Shown: positions 1 through 11,485 of the stretch, piece after piece
Layout of the letters: each line of letters starts with the position of its first letter
Numbering within the stretch: the stretch's first letter is position 1
Assembly (NCBI GenBank): GCA_013239625.1
Contig: MU054391.1
Span: forward strand, 9,703,429-9,723,428
DNA from: Lama guanicoe
Taxonomy: Eukaryota
Length of the DNA stretch: 20,000 nucleotides
Reading direction: 5' to 3'
Notes under the pieces: model-generated
Database searches by the model: none
What the model was told of the DNA's origin: nothing
What the model saw: the letters and a program-made list of their open reading frames with translations, nothing else
Made by a program: the position numbers and the translations under genes

Positions 1-439
1 GGCCACCGCCCTCCTAGTAGTCACCAGCACGCTCCTCAGAAGAACTTATGATCAAGTATATTTATTGTTTCATCAGCTGAATAATTAGGCATGTGTGATC
101 CCTACGGTAACTTGCAGGTATTACAAATGCTCCTAAACAAGTCGACGAAAAGTGCTTTGAAAGCAAGTAGGAAGTTTATGAATCCCTTTAACAAAAAAAA
201 AACAAACCAAAAACTGTACACTAAGTAACATGATTAATTTAATAGCATTATGACCAGGGAAATAATGACTAAATATGCTAAATTCCCTTTTGTTTTCATC
301 CCTCCCTTCCTTCCAATCTCCCTATACACTTAAGCAATAAATATATCCACTAAAATGTTACCACTTCTTCTACCTCTTGATCCCTAGTTTCACTTGATAC
401 TGTGACATCCATATTGCAATCTCACCATTCCTTTCCATA

Positions 440-640
440 GCATTTTGTTGTAGAAATTTGTACTCAACTACACAAAAGTAGAAATCAAAATATAATAAAT
501 ATCCATGGGCCCAACCAATCATCTTAAACAAAAATTAACATTTCAAACTTGTTTTCAAGTATCATTCCCCAATTACCACAGTGCCCTCAGGGATTTTTGT
601 CCCTAGAGTATTTTAAAGCAAATCCAAGATGTTAAATGCA
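440..640 (-). mobile_element. Ancient L1 (L1MC/L1ME-like) 3' end fragment
   Basis: ttttgttgtagaaattt...acacaaaagtagaa...tataataaatatccat...tattttaaagcaaatccaaga resembles the reverse complement of old L1M 3' termini. Heavily degraded. Confidence 0.5.
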
Positions 641-1324
641 CACACGTCAAGTACACAGTTCTTTCAAGTCCCAAGTTACCTGCTTAACTTTCATGTATAT
701 GCACAATAGGACGATACAGTGATTAATAGCAACTAAATTGTAGCCAGTCAATGATAGAAAAGTCACCTATGCTACTAGAAACACAGTGTTTTCCCTCTGA
801 AATATAAATTCTGCTTTCTATTTGTAGAAACATTTCTGAGTGTCTATAGCATGCAGGGTATTTCTCGCCCAGAAAATAATTTATTATCCTGACAGTAACT
901 GTGACACACGATATAAAGCCAGAGTTAGAAAATCCATGCTAAATACTGTGAGCAGAGTCTGCAGTATTTGAAGTCTGAATGCCTGATATTTGGCAAGGAA
1001 GAGAATTCAAGAGCATGTGTTTTGGAAATAGAAGGAAATGGCTTTTCAATCAACTGCACATCACAATAAAAGTAAACCTCAAACATTCAAACCATAATTT
1101 CTCATACTGCATTAAGATTTCTCAGTTAAGTGGATAACAATCCTGTTCCCTTCTCTTCAATTTGAATTAAGCCGTTGTAAAGGCAATAAAATTTAGGTGG
1201 AGCTGTAATTTTCAGCTGTAATTGGTTAAGATATGTCTGTGAATTTCCTTAACATTCATCAACTATAAATGCCATGTTCATCTTAATCATCATTTCAGTA
1301 GCTGGAATGTTGGTCAAGAATATC

Positions 1325-2856
1325 TATCTTGGCAGTGAAAAGCTGGAAAGCTTTTCCTCCAAGATCAAGAGAAAGACAAGGGTGCCCACTCTTACCACTT
1401 TTATCCAACATAGTATAGAAAGTCCTAACCAGAGCACTTAGGCACTGGATAGCCACATGCAAAAGAATGAAAAGTGGACCCCTAAATTACACTATATACC
1501 AAAAAAAAAAAAATCAACTCTAAACGACTTAAACGTAAGACCTGAAATTGTAAAACTACTAGAGAAAATACGGAGTCAGGTAAGTTTCTTGACATTGATC
1601 TTGGCAATGATTTTTGGGGGGGGGGGATTTGACACCAAAGCAAAGGCAACAAAAGCAAAAACAAGTGAGACTATATCAAACTAAAAAGCATCTACACAGA
1701 AAAGGAAACTATCAACAAAATGAAAAGTTAGCCTATGGAATAGAAGAAAATATTTGTAAACCACATATCCAATAAGGGGTTAACATCCAAAATATACAAG
1801 GAAATCATACAACTCAATAGTAAAAGACAAATAACCCAATTAAAAAATGGGCAAAGGATCTAAATAGGCATTTTTCCAAAGACACACAAATGGCCAACAG
1901 GTACATGGAAAGTTGCTCACCATCACTTATCATCAGGGAAATACAAATCAAAAACACAATGATATATCATCTCACAACTGTTAGGATGGCTATTATGAAA
2001 AAGACCAAGATAACAAACGCTGGCGAGAACACAGAGAAAAGAGAACCCTGTGCACTGCTGGTAAGAAGGCAAACGGGTACAGCCACTATGGAAAACAGTA
2101 TGGAGGGTCTTCAAGAAATTATAAATTGAACTACCACATGATCTAGCAACCCCACTTCTGGATATATACCCAAAGGAAATGAAACCATTACCGTAAAGAG
2201 ATACCTGCACTCCCATGTTCACTGCAGGATTACTCACAATAGCCAAGCTACAGAAAACCACCTAAGTGGTTCATCCAGCAGACGAATGAAGAAAATGTGA
2301 CATACATACAAACACTCACAATGGAATATTACTCAGTCTTTAACAAGAAAGAAATCATGTCATTTGCAACAACATGAACAAATCTGGAGGGCATTTTGCT
2401 AAGTGAAATAAGCCAGATCCTGAAAGACAAATACTGCATGGTAATCACTTATAGGTAGAATCTTTTAAAAAAAAAATTAAAAAATCGTAAAAACAGAGAT
2501 GAAAAAAGTGGTTGCCTTTACCAGGGGCTGGGGGGGTGAAGGAAACAGGGAGAAGTTGGTGAAAAGGTACAAACGCTATTACAGGATGAATAAAGTCTGA
2601 GGATCTAATACATAACATGGTGACTACGGTTGACAATACTGCATTGTATCACTGCAATTTGTTGAAAATAGGACTTAAATGTTCTCACACATACTCACAG
2701 ACACAAAAAGTAAATATGTGAGGTGATGCATATATTAATGAACTTAATGGAGGAAAATCCTTTCACAATGTAGGCCTACATATATCAAATTATCACATTG
2801 TACACTTCAACCTTCATTTATTAATTATACCTCAATAAAGGTGAGGAAAAAAAAAA
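1325..2856 (+). mobile_element. 5'-truncated, internally deleted LINE-1 (L1MA8/9-like): ORF2 remnants, 3'UTR and poly(A)
   Basis: 1336-1444 encodes an RT segment like EKL.AFP.RS..RQGCPLLPLLSNIV.EVL.RA.RQ. ORFs 1457..1684 and 1890..2129 are degraded ORF2 C-terminus ([39 protein letters not shown]). Ends ttatacctcaataaag followed by an A-tail. Confidence 0.93.
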
Positions 2857-3644
2857 CAATGAATATCACTGACCACCTGCTTCAGTTTATCCCATGAGGT
2901 TTTAACTTCACCCAAAGGTAGCCTAGCTAGATGGTTACTTGGTAAGTTTGTAACACTGGGTAGACAGCAGGGTTAGAGGCAGAGGACTTACAAGGGCCTT
3001 CTTGCACAGTCAACCATCTGCTTACATGAGTACTGCATTTATGGCCCTTTTAATTAACCCCACCATCAGCTCTCTTCCCATCTCAAATCTCTTTCCAAAA
3101 CTTTTCCAAAGATAATTTCCTCTGACTTCCTTGCATCCTAATGTAGCAATGTGATACTAACAAAATACTACTAAGATGAATAATGTGAACATTATTTTAA
3201 TTTCCACTTCCATTTCTCATTTATATTGAATTCCCAGCTCATTTGTCCATCTGATCTTGTGTCAACTGCAAACACTAATTAAAGCCTTCTACTTCTGGCA
3301 GCAATACAGAGAGTAGGAACTGTACCTTCTCTCAAACACTGCAATAAAACTTTTCAATTGTCCTTTCTAAGAGAGAGGTTTTTTTTTATGTTAAATATCA
3401 GACCTTTATACTGAGATTAGTTTAAATTGCCTCCCTTTTTTCAACTGTCTATCATCTATATAGAACAATTAAAAATGAATGATTTCCAATTTCATTATAC
3501 CTTTCAAATGTACAAGTTATATTAAAATGAAAGTACTGAATTCTAGTGCCCACATTCAAAATGTTCTAAATTATTACACACACTTAAAGAAAAAAAAACC
3601 TCAGCTCAATAAAAGGTGAATCTGTAAGCACTGCTCTTTCAACA

Positions 3645-3770
3645 CTCAAAAATTATTTATCGAATATTATACAAGCAATAATACATAATAATGTTTTACA
3701 CTCTGGAGAACCTGCAGTGAACAAAACAAACAAGTCCCTGCCCTCAAGGAGCTCAGCTGACATTCTAACC
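3645..3770 (-). mobile_element. L2 3' end fragment
   Basis: tatttatcgaata...ctggagaacctgcagtgaacaaaacaaacaagtccctgccctcaaggagctca is a typical antisense L2 terminus. Confidence 0.7.
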
Positions 3771-3954
3771 CACTGTACTTTTGAAGTCTGACCCCAAAAA
3801 ATAAACAGAACTCTGTTTTCAAGTCAAAAGAAAGTCATCCTCAAAAGCCTGGTTAACAACCTAAGGGGGGAAGAAACTGAAAGTACGCAGGAAAGAAAAA
3901 AGCCTTTGGAAAAAAAGTTTTCCAAACCAATAAACTTTAAAAAAAAACAATTAT

Positions 3955-4375
3955 TTCTTAACTATGAAGCTTTAGTTTATTAAAAATGTGATATTGCCAT
4001 GGGAATAAATATGTACACCAATTAAACACAAAAGAGAGCAGAGAAACAGAACTATAATACCCCCTCTGTAAATGTCTGTACTGACAGAGGGGGCATTATA
4101 GAATTAATTGGGAATGAATACAGCATTGAATAAATGATGCTAGCCATACAGAGAATATTAAATTAGATTCCAACTAAACTTTGGCCACAAAAACAAATTC
4201 AATATGAAAACTTACAGGTGAAAGCCAAACCATGAAACTTTAAGAAAACATAGGAGAACACCTTTACAACGTCAGGGGGTGGAAGAACTTCTTAAGACCT
4301 CAAAAGCCCAAGACATAAGGGGAAAAATTTAAACTTAAGCTTTCTGGTGACAAAAGAAGCCCAAAAGAAAACAAG
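3955..4375 (+). mobile_element. Ancient L1M ORF2 fragment
   Basis: actatgaagct..., gaataaatgatgct..., aaattagattcc..., gaaaacataggagaacacctttacaacgtcagggggtggaagaacttctt are degraded late-ORF2 motifs. Confidence 0.7.
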
Positions 4376-4829
4376 TAATTTTGATCATTAATATTCTTTG
4401 AGAGATAAATTATGCCAGACAACCAGCAGTTGATTATTTCAAATCATGTAAATCTGGGGTATACTAAACCACAATTTAAATAGGACCCATAATTTAACTA
4501 TTAGCTCTATAATTATGTGTACAAAGAAAGTAACAGATCAGAACAGCAGCCACCACTATCATTTATCGGGGCCTGCAAAGTGACAATCACTGCCTTAGCT
4601 ATTTTAATAATATATATTCCCTCTAATATCGTCCAATCAAGTCTTGCTACTTTATAGTCTGACAAGTGACTAGAAGAAAATGAACTAAATATTAACCACA
4701 TGGTCACTATATGGGAAAGCAGATCTTGTTTAAAAAGTAGCAGTAGTTAAGAGCCAACACATTTTCAAAGAGAAATGTAATCGAGCCAAACTTGAGTCGG
4801 AAACATCATTCTTTCTGAGATGATAAGTA

Positions 4830-5175
4830 ATTTTTAACCTGGGCTACTTTTAAGTACAACATATCTTGGCCTCTGTTTCTTCAATTGTCCAACTAAAGGT
4901 TTAGACAAGAACCAACAAGAGACAGTGAATAAACAGCACTGGATCATGAGTCTACTCAAGACCAAACCCATCTCTGACACTAGCTAGGTAGGTGAGTTTG
5001 GGTAAGCCATTTGTCTTGAGGCTTTAATGTCTTCATCAATAAAAGAGGCATTATGATGCCATGAACGCAAACTTCCTGTGAGAGCATGTAAAAGAACTGT
5101 TAAGCTAGGGAGTGTTCACAACAATATGCAATTCTTAAATAAGCTCCATGAGGCCTTTCAGCTCTAAAATTATGC
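4830..5175 (+). mobile_element. MIR fragments (possibly two, nested)
   Basis: Core-like ggcctctgtttcttcaattgt; cagcactggatcatgagtc...ccatctctgacactagctagg...tttgggtaagccattt...tcttcatcaataaaagagg; terminus-like gaggcctttcagctctaaaattatg. Confidence 0.6.
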
Positions 5176-5859
5176 TAAAAATCTATCCCCCTTAATTACT
5201 TCTGGGCTGGGAACCACTGAGTTCAAATAAGATACTCATATAACATTCAGATATTGACTGAAAGGCACTGATTTTAGAGTACTAATTTCATAAAGTCTTT
5301 TTTAAAAGTCCAAACAGTTAAGGATTCTGGTACAAGATGTCACAAAGAAAGACCAAAATATATGGAAATTAGTTGCTTGCTTCTTCCTCCTTGGGTTCAA
5401 TCACAGAGGATACTGATAAAAATAAGAAAGAGCTGAGTTCCACACAAAAGAATAATCAATAGCAGGAGTCAAAGTTACGTCAATCCGGAGTTCCCAGGAG
5501 GTAAGGAAGAGAAGATGGTCATTTTATACTGAGTGAACAGTTACGTCTGCCTATTAACATACCAAATCAACTCATCAACGAAACACTTCAGTATGTGTGA
5601 GATATGGTACAAAGGAGAGTCATGTATATCAACCCTCAAACAATTCTTGTTCTAAACGTGCTACAACTATGTTGGTCCAAATAAAATAAACATGAAACAG
5701 AATAATAAGAGTCCACGGACCCCACCCCCAGCAGAGTGGAGAGTTCTGCAGTGTTCTCCAACACACGCCGCTCCCGGGCTGGCGCTGCCCAGCCTCTCCC
5801 TGCCTGCCTGGGGAGCACGCCCTCACTTCCAAATCAAGTTATCACCTCCAGAGTTAAAT

Positions 5860-6080
5860 GGTCCCTCTCTGCACCTCAAGGGCACTTCATATTACATTAC
5901 AGAAGAGGTTATAAAATGTGTAACAGGGTCCTGTTTTACGGCTGCTTCCACATTCGCCTCCCCCACTACACTGAGGGCTCCCTGAGGAGGTGCACTGTAT
6001 TTCACTCGTCTGTTTACTCTCAGCTCTGCCGCCATGGCTAGCTCAACTTAAGTGCTTGCTGACTGACTAAAAGAATAAAT
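5860..6080 (+). mobile_element. L2 3' end fragment
   Basis: actacactgagggctccctgaggagg...ctcaacttaagtgcttgctgactgactaaaagaataaat resembles the L2 terminus with its decayed tail. Confidence 0.6.
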
Positions 6081-6967
6081 AACTGTGGAAGTGCCACATA
6101 ATTGCTTAATTACTGTCAAAAGAATTTTAAAAATTAAACCCTTAAAAAAATTTTAAAGACAGAATTATTATTTAGATAGAATTAAAGAGAAAGGGAAAAA
6201 GGTCCAGGGAGAAAAACTAAATAATGCTCTTGCCCGCTGATACGGTAACAGAGAAACCAACAGATACAACACGGTCAATCAGAAACAACAAAGTACATGG
6301 CAGGGGCCAGGTCACCTAGTCCTGCATATGTCTCTTCATCTGCTAAATGAAGACAAACTCTATGAAATAACAGAAGAGAATGCTAACTGGAAAACAGTGC
6401 AGACATACAAGGGATTAAAATGAAAATGACTTTCTAGACATAAAGAGTAGTGTTACTGTTCAATTCTACAGGTACAATGCCAAACCAACCCAGAAGACGT
6501 GAACTAGTTGAGGTCAATGACAGAGAAATAACTAGAACTCAGAATTTTAAATACATTAAATACAAATGCAGCAAGAAAATGCTCATTATATTTCTTGAAA
6601 TTTCTGTATTTCTTACAATCTCCCCTGGTTTAATAAAGAAATTGAACAAACAGGAAAATTAGGCTGAGTCCCCCCAAAACAGGGAGGAATATGGATTGAA
6701 GAGGCCAGCTACCAAGACTCTTGTGGCAGCCGTGCAGAGAGAGTGAACAGAAACAGGGTCAACACGGCTCATTTCCTCCTGCAACATCAGTAATCTCAGA
6801 TTTAGGGAAGAATCTTTTTTTTATTTTACAACAATCAAAAGGAATATGCTATGGACAAGGACATAAAATTCCCAAAAAAAAGATAAAGTAAGAAACTTCA
6901 AAGATTTATAATGCTTCCAGGAGACTTCTTCAGGCTAAATCCCCAGACACAAGGGGACTAGGTTTAT

Positions 6968-7090
6968 TCTTTTTTTTTTTTAATTTTCTTTATTGAGATA
7001 AGAATGATATATATGGCAAAATACACAAATCTTCAATGAAACGCTCCATGAATTCTTATTAATGCATATACCCACAAAGTACATAATTAA
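6968..7090 (-). mobile_element. Short L1M 3' end fragment
   Basis: T-run followed by ctttattgagataa...aaaatacacaaatcttcaatg...atgaatt, the reverse complement of an L1MB/MD-type terminus. Confidence 0.6.
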
Positions 7091-7200
7091 GAGCAAAATC
7101 AGATGAAAATCTGTAACATTCAAGGTTCATTCAACTTTGCCCTTAAAGGGACTCTGGTGAAAATGTTTGAGAAGCACAAAGTTAAGCCAATTTGTATTAC

Positions 7201-7269
7201 CTGTTCTTGTCCCTGGCGACTGTAAAACTTGACACTTAACATCCTTAATAATCCCAGTGTCTTCGGTAC
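7201..7269 (-). CDS. NBAS: NBAS internal coding exon (69 nt, likely exon 11): VPKTLGLLRMLSVKFYSRQGQEQ
   Basis: Acceptor ...tattttattttgtag| (AG at 7271-7270) and donor CAG|gtaata (GT at 7200-7199). 23 codons, phase 0/0, continuing the previous exon in frame. Matches the recalled NBAS peptide that follows it. Confidence 0.96.
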
Positions 7270-7394
7270 CTACAAAATAAATACACATTATACAAAAAAA
7301 AAAATCAATGGAATGCATTCTCATTGTATAAAGACCTTTTATCATGAAATGAAAAGTACAGCAAAGCTAGTATTTTAAGAAATGGTTAAGAAAA

Positions 7395-7436
7395 TCATCA
7401 ATAAGTATCAGAAATTCATCAATAAGTATCAGAAAT
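7395..7436. repeat. Perfect 21-bp tandem duplication (tcatcaataagtatcagaaat x2)
   Basis: 7395-7415 is identical to 7416-7436. Confidence 0.95.
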
Positions 7437-7884
7437 CTTGGTGAGACTCTGTTTTTGTTTTGGGAAAAAAAAATCCTTCAAATGACAAGTCTTCACAAAA
7501 TTTACCCACAATCAAATGTTTTCAAAATACATACAAAACAAGTCGAGTACAATCTATGCAAATTAGAACCTGTTGCTGAGTGGCTCTTCTCAGATGTGGC
7601 TATGCCAGGTTCCCGTTTTATCCTAGCATCTCTACGGAAAAGGCCAACACTCCCAACAGAAATTCACTCATGAAAAAATTGCTCCTACACTTAAAAAACA
7701 CCAGGAAAAAAATATCATTTAGAAACAGTTTTTGAAATAATATAGCACAAGACTATTTGTCTCTAGATTTAAGAAATATACTTATAAGGGCAAATACACT
7801 TACCAAAGCAAAAATTATACTTATAATTTTTTAGAAATGGAAAGTAAGTATTTAAATTATAGAGAAAGTAAGTATTGTTAAAGT

Positions 7885-8608
7885 TCTTAAACTTGGAACA
7901 CTAGTACGTTGCTGGTGAGAATATAAAACGGTACAGCCACTGTGGAAAACCGTCCGGTGGTTGCTCAGAAAGTTAAACAGAATTATCAAATAAACCAACA
8001 ATTCCCTTCTAGGCATACACCCAAAAGAACTGAAAACAAAATGACCAGCACTGATAAAGAATAAAACCAACCTGTCAAGATTTAAAAAAAAAAAAAAGAA
8101 GAACTAAAAATGGGTGTTCAAATACTTGTACAATTGTTCACAGCAACACTATTCATAATAGCCAGAAAGTAGAAGCAACTCAAATGTCTTCAGGAAGAAT
8201 GGATAAACAAAATGCAGTGTACTCATACAATGGAATATTATTCAGTCGTAAAAGGGAATGAAGTACTGATGCATGCTACAATTTGGATGAACTTCAAAAA
8301 TATTATGCTAAATGAAACAGGCCAGATATGAAATTGTATTGCATGATTCCATTTTTATGAAATTTTCAGAATAGGCAAATCCATAGGAACAGAAAGCGGA
8401 CTAGCATTGCCAGGAGCTCAGGGGAGAGGACAACAGAGAGTGACTGTTTTGGCATTTCCCCTTGGGGTGAAGAAAATGTCTTGGACCTAGATAGTGGTGA
8501 TGGTTGCATAACATCGTGAATGTACTAAACGCCGCTGAATTGTACACTTGAAAATGGGTAATAGTCAGTTTTATGTTACTTGAATTTTATTTTAATTTAA
8601 AAAGAAAA
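7885..8608 (+). mobile_element. 5'-truncated LINE-1 (L1MB-like), end of ORF2 plus 3'UTR
   Basis: gttgctggtgagaatataaaacggtacagccactgtggaaaac...catacaatggaatattattcag...gatagtggtgatggttgcataacatcgtgaatgtactaaacgccgctgaattgtacactt followed by an A-rich end. Interrupted at 8038-8097. Confidence 0.92.
8038..8097 (+). mobile_element. Tiny polyadenylated retroposed insert with AATAAA, A14 tail and TSD
   Basis: Flanked by aagaactgaaaa (8025-8036) and aagaactaaaaa (8099-8110). AATAAA at 8060-8065, A-run at 8084-8097. Confidence 0.75.
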
Positions 8609-8989
8609 GGCAAAGTGGAGGTCATTCTTTCGCTGAAGTTAAAAATGTTCCTACCAGAACTTCCGAATAGCTGAAGACATTACTGATGGCCTAGCTCCAC
8701 ATTTTCTCCAAAAACAAGAAAATACAAGAAGGAAAAATACATCTACAAGAAAATTCATACCCTCAGCTTAGCCTGAAGATAGAAGCTTCAAAAAATTGTA
8801 AGCAGAAAGAGAAAAACCACCAAAACCCAGTGTCTCATCTCCACTGCTCTTGCCAGCCCCCACATTCGCACCCACCCTGACCCAGACCTACAACAAGGCT
8901 TGGTGGTGAGCAAAAGTGGACTGAAAAAAATCCTGCAGGGACCAGGAGACAGATGTGGCAAGCTAGCAAAGGGGTTCAAGGTCTACCTA

Positions 8990-9700
8990 AAACCACTGCC
9001 AAAAATTACAGTCCAAGAAAACCTTTCAAGAAGGAAAAAAGACCTGAATCTATATATTGAAAGAGTGGGTATATTAACCTTTAAAAATCACTCCAAGAAA
9101 TATCCTAGGAAAGCAATTAGAATTCAAAGATAAAGAAAATCCTTACAGCCTCCAAACAAAATGGCCAAAAAACATACAAAGGGCAGGTAATCTGACTTAC
9201 ATCAACTCTTCAAATTCTACATCTGAAGCAAAGCAACGATAGAATAGTGTTGTTTTTGTTTTGGTTTTTTGGGGTTTTTTGTTTTGTTTTGTTTTGTTTT
9301 ACAGTTCAATGAAAGAATGGATAAACCAAAGATTTTATATCCAGATAATTCTTCCTTTAAATATCCAAGCTATGGGGAAAACAATTCCTAACATTCAAGA
9401 ATTTAAGACACTCTTCATTAATGAGCCCTTCTCAAAACATCTATTAAAGGATAATTTCATCCAACCAAGAACTGACTGGGAAAACTTCAACAAAAGTGAG
9501 GGTGACCATTTCAAAATATGTAAATGAACAACTGTGACTAAAGAAACATGAAGATTAGAGTTGAAACTAATGTATAAAAATTGTATGTTTTGGCAAAATA
9601 GAGATAACACAATTAAAAAGGGGCGGAGAAAGGAGAGGAAAAGGGGAAAATAAAATCAACGGATTTTTGTATAAGCACTTGGTAGGAATTAAAGAATACC
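8990..9700 (+). mobile_element. HAL1-like / ancient L1 ORF1 remnant
   Basis: Degraded ORF1 C-terminal motifs (tatattgaaagag, ccaagaaatatcctagg, ttcaaagataaagaaaatcctt, catacaaagggc, aagattttatatccag, gagcccttctcaaaacatctattaaaggataa). No ORF2 follows. Confidence 0.65.
9248..9300. repeat. (GTTTT)n-type simple repeat
   Basis: tgttgtttttgttttggttttttggggttttttgttttgttttgttttgtttt. Confidence 0.9.
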
Positions 9701-9714
9701 AATAAACTGATCAA

Positions 9715-10175
9715 CTGCTAAAACATTGGAGGGCCCTGATAACACCAGTTAAGACGGTTTCAGTGAAACGGTGGAGATAAAGCCCCATTCAGGCGAATTC
9801 AAGGAGAGAATGGAAAATAGAGGAGTTAGATCAGGTACAGATGACTCTTGAACATGTTGAAGAAAAGGAAAGAAAGGGTGGTAGCAGGGTTTAGGAGGCT
9901 CTAAATCCTCCAAAACTGAAGAGTTTTTACAATAGGGGAAATGAATGCACGCTGTATGTTGATACACCTAAGAGACAGCAAGATTAAGGATTTGGAAAAA
10001 CATCCTTCAAACATCAAAAGTGTGAGGTCTAGTGGACAATGGAGGAGCTGGCCTCAGCTGGGGCAAAATGCAGTTCATCCGCAATAACGAGAAAAAAGAT
10101 ACGGCATCTAGGTGCAGGTGTAGGCAGGTGGTGAGATCGTATGAGAATATTCTGACTACTTCTATCTTCTCATGG
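9715..10175 (-). mobile_element. L2 internal fragment
   Basis: gacggtttcagtgaaacggtggagataaagcccc...aggagagaatgg...gaggagttaga...gatgactctt resembles the purine-rich antisense L2 body. Confidence 0.6.
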
Positions 10176-10324
10176 AATCAGCATTTCTCGAAGAAACACG
10201 ACTTCAAAAAGCCTGTGTTCTTTCTACAACAATATTCTATATTAAAAAGGCAGCAGAAGCAATAACAGAAAAGTCAGTTTTGTTCATTTTTACATGTTTT
10301 TTCCCTAAAATTTTCATCTTAAAA

Positions 10325-10480
10325 ATAAAAACAATAATAATTAACACTGTAGAACATTTTATTGTTTATCAAGTGCCTTCACATATGTTGTCAAGAGCCT
10401 AGTATGCCAGTGGGAAGCGATGATCCAGAATCCCAATCCCAGGCATCTGCCTCCTGAGTCCAGGCTCCTTCCGTCCTCCC
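10325..10480 (-). mobile_element. MIR fragment
   Basis: aataataattaacact...ttgtcaagag...ccagtgggaagcgatgatccagaatcccaatcccaggcatctgcctcctgagtccaggctcctt. Confidence 0.6.
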
Positions 10481-11344
10481 GGGTACTGAACGCTAACCTG
10501 GCACCTGCCGGAGCTTACTGCCCTCATCTGTGGACACAGCTGCATCCTCTGGTACAGTAAGCCCCTTGAGGGCTGCTACCTTTATGTTCCGGATTCCTGG
10601 AGCTGTGATCTGATGCTGAAGAAATAAATGAACAGATAAAACTATCTCATTTGGATGACACTGACATTCATTTGGAACTTTGGTCAATGCATATATTGAA
10701 TTTTGCATGGTCTCTTTTTACAGCCTAGCAGCCTTGTGAGAGACAAGAACATATGTGTCAGCAGCATTGTTTTCGGTCAATGTCCATCCACCTCAACACA
10801 ACGGCGACCTTTAACAAACACGAAGTTCCATGAGAACAGTACCTGCCACCTGACAAGAGAACCAGTCCTCTCAACCTCCAAGTTACTTCAGGGTAGGGGA
10901 AGGCTATGCAGAATGACTGTAAGTTTAGCTGCAAGATGCATTTAAAAGGCACTCACATAATTAAAACACACTTGCCGCATTTCAAGAAGTTTATCATACA
11001 GCAGAGCCTTCAATTTGTAATTCATTATTTCCCCCCACTCAGTCTGTCAGTGCACAAGCAATTTTCTTTTGAGAGACTCCAATACCGAAGCTTCAGGCCA
11101 GAGAAGGAAGGGGAGTACACAGCAGAGCAGATTCCAATACTTCAGTAAGGAGCGAAGTGAAAGCACAGAGGATTCAAAGACGCCAAGGTGCAACAAGGTT
11201 TCACAGAACATGACAGTCCTCAGTGCCTTTCCCTGTCCCGGCCCCTCTGTCACAAATACCCTTGGCTCCGCTGCACTGAAATGGCCCTTCACAGCCTGCC
11301 TACTTTCTCTCGCCTTAAGTCCTCCACACTCACCTGTTTTTCCT

Positions 11345-11485
11345 TTTTTCCCTCAACCTTTCATTTTGACAAATTTCATAGCTACTGAAAAGCTGAAATG
11401 ATTACACAATGAAACACCAGTATACCTTCCACCTAAGTTCACCGTTCACCACACTGGCTTTACCTGTGTATGTATGTATATTCTA
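11345..11485 (-). mobile_element. L1MC-like 3' end fragment
   Basis: tttcattttgacaaatttcatagctactgaaaagctgaaa...acaatgaaacaccagtataccttccacctaagttcacc. Confidence 0.6.

Noticed and set aside
1616..1626. G11 run as a functional G-quadruplex
   Set aside because: An isolated homopolymer expansion inside a dead L1, with no other support.
1457..2261. ORFs with protein-like content (1457..1684, 1890..2129, 1923..2261; also 7852..8070)
   Set aside because: Frameshifted L1 ORF2 remnants or their antisense frames, not host genes.
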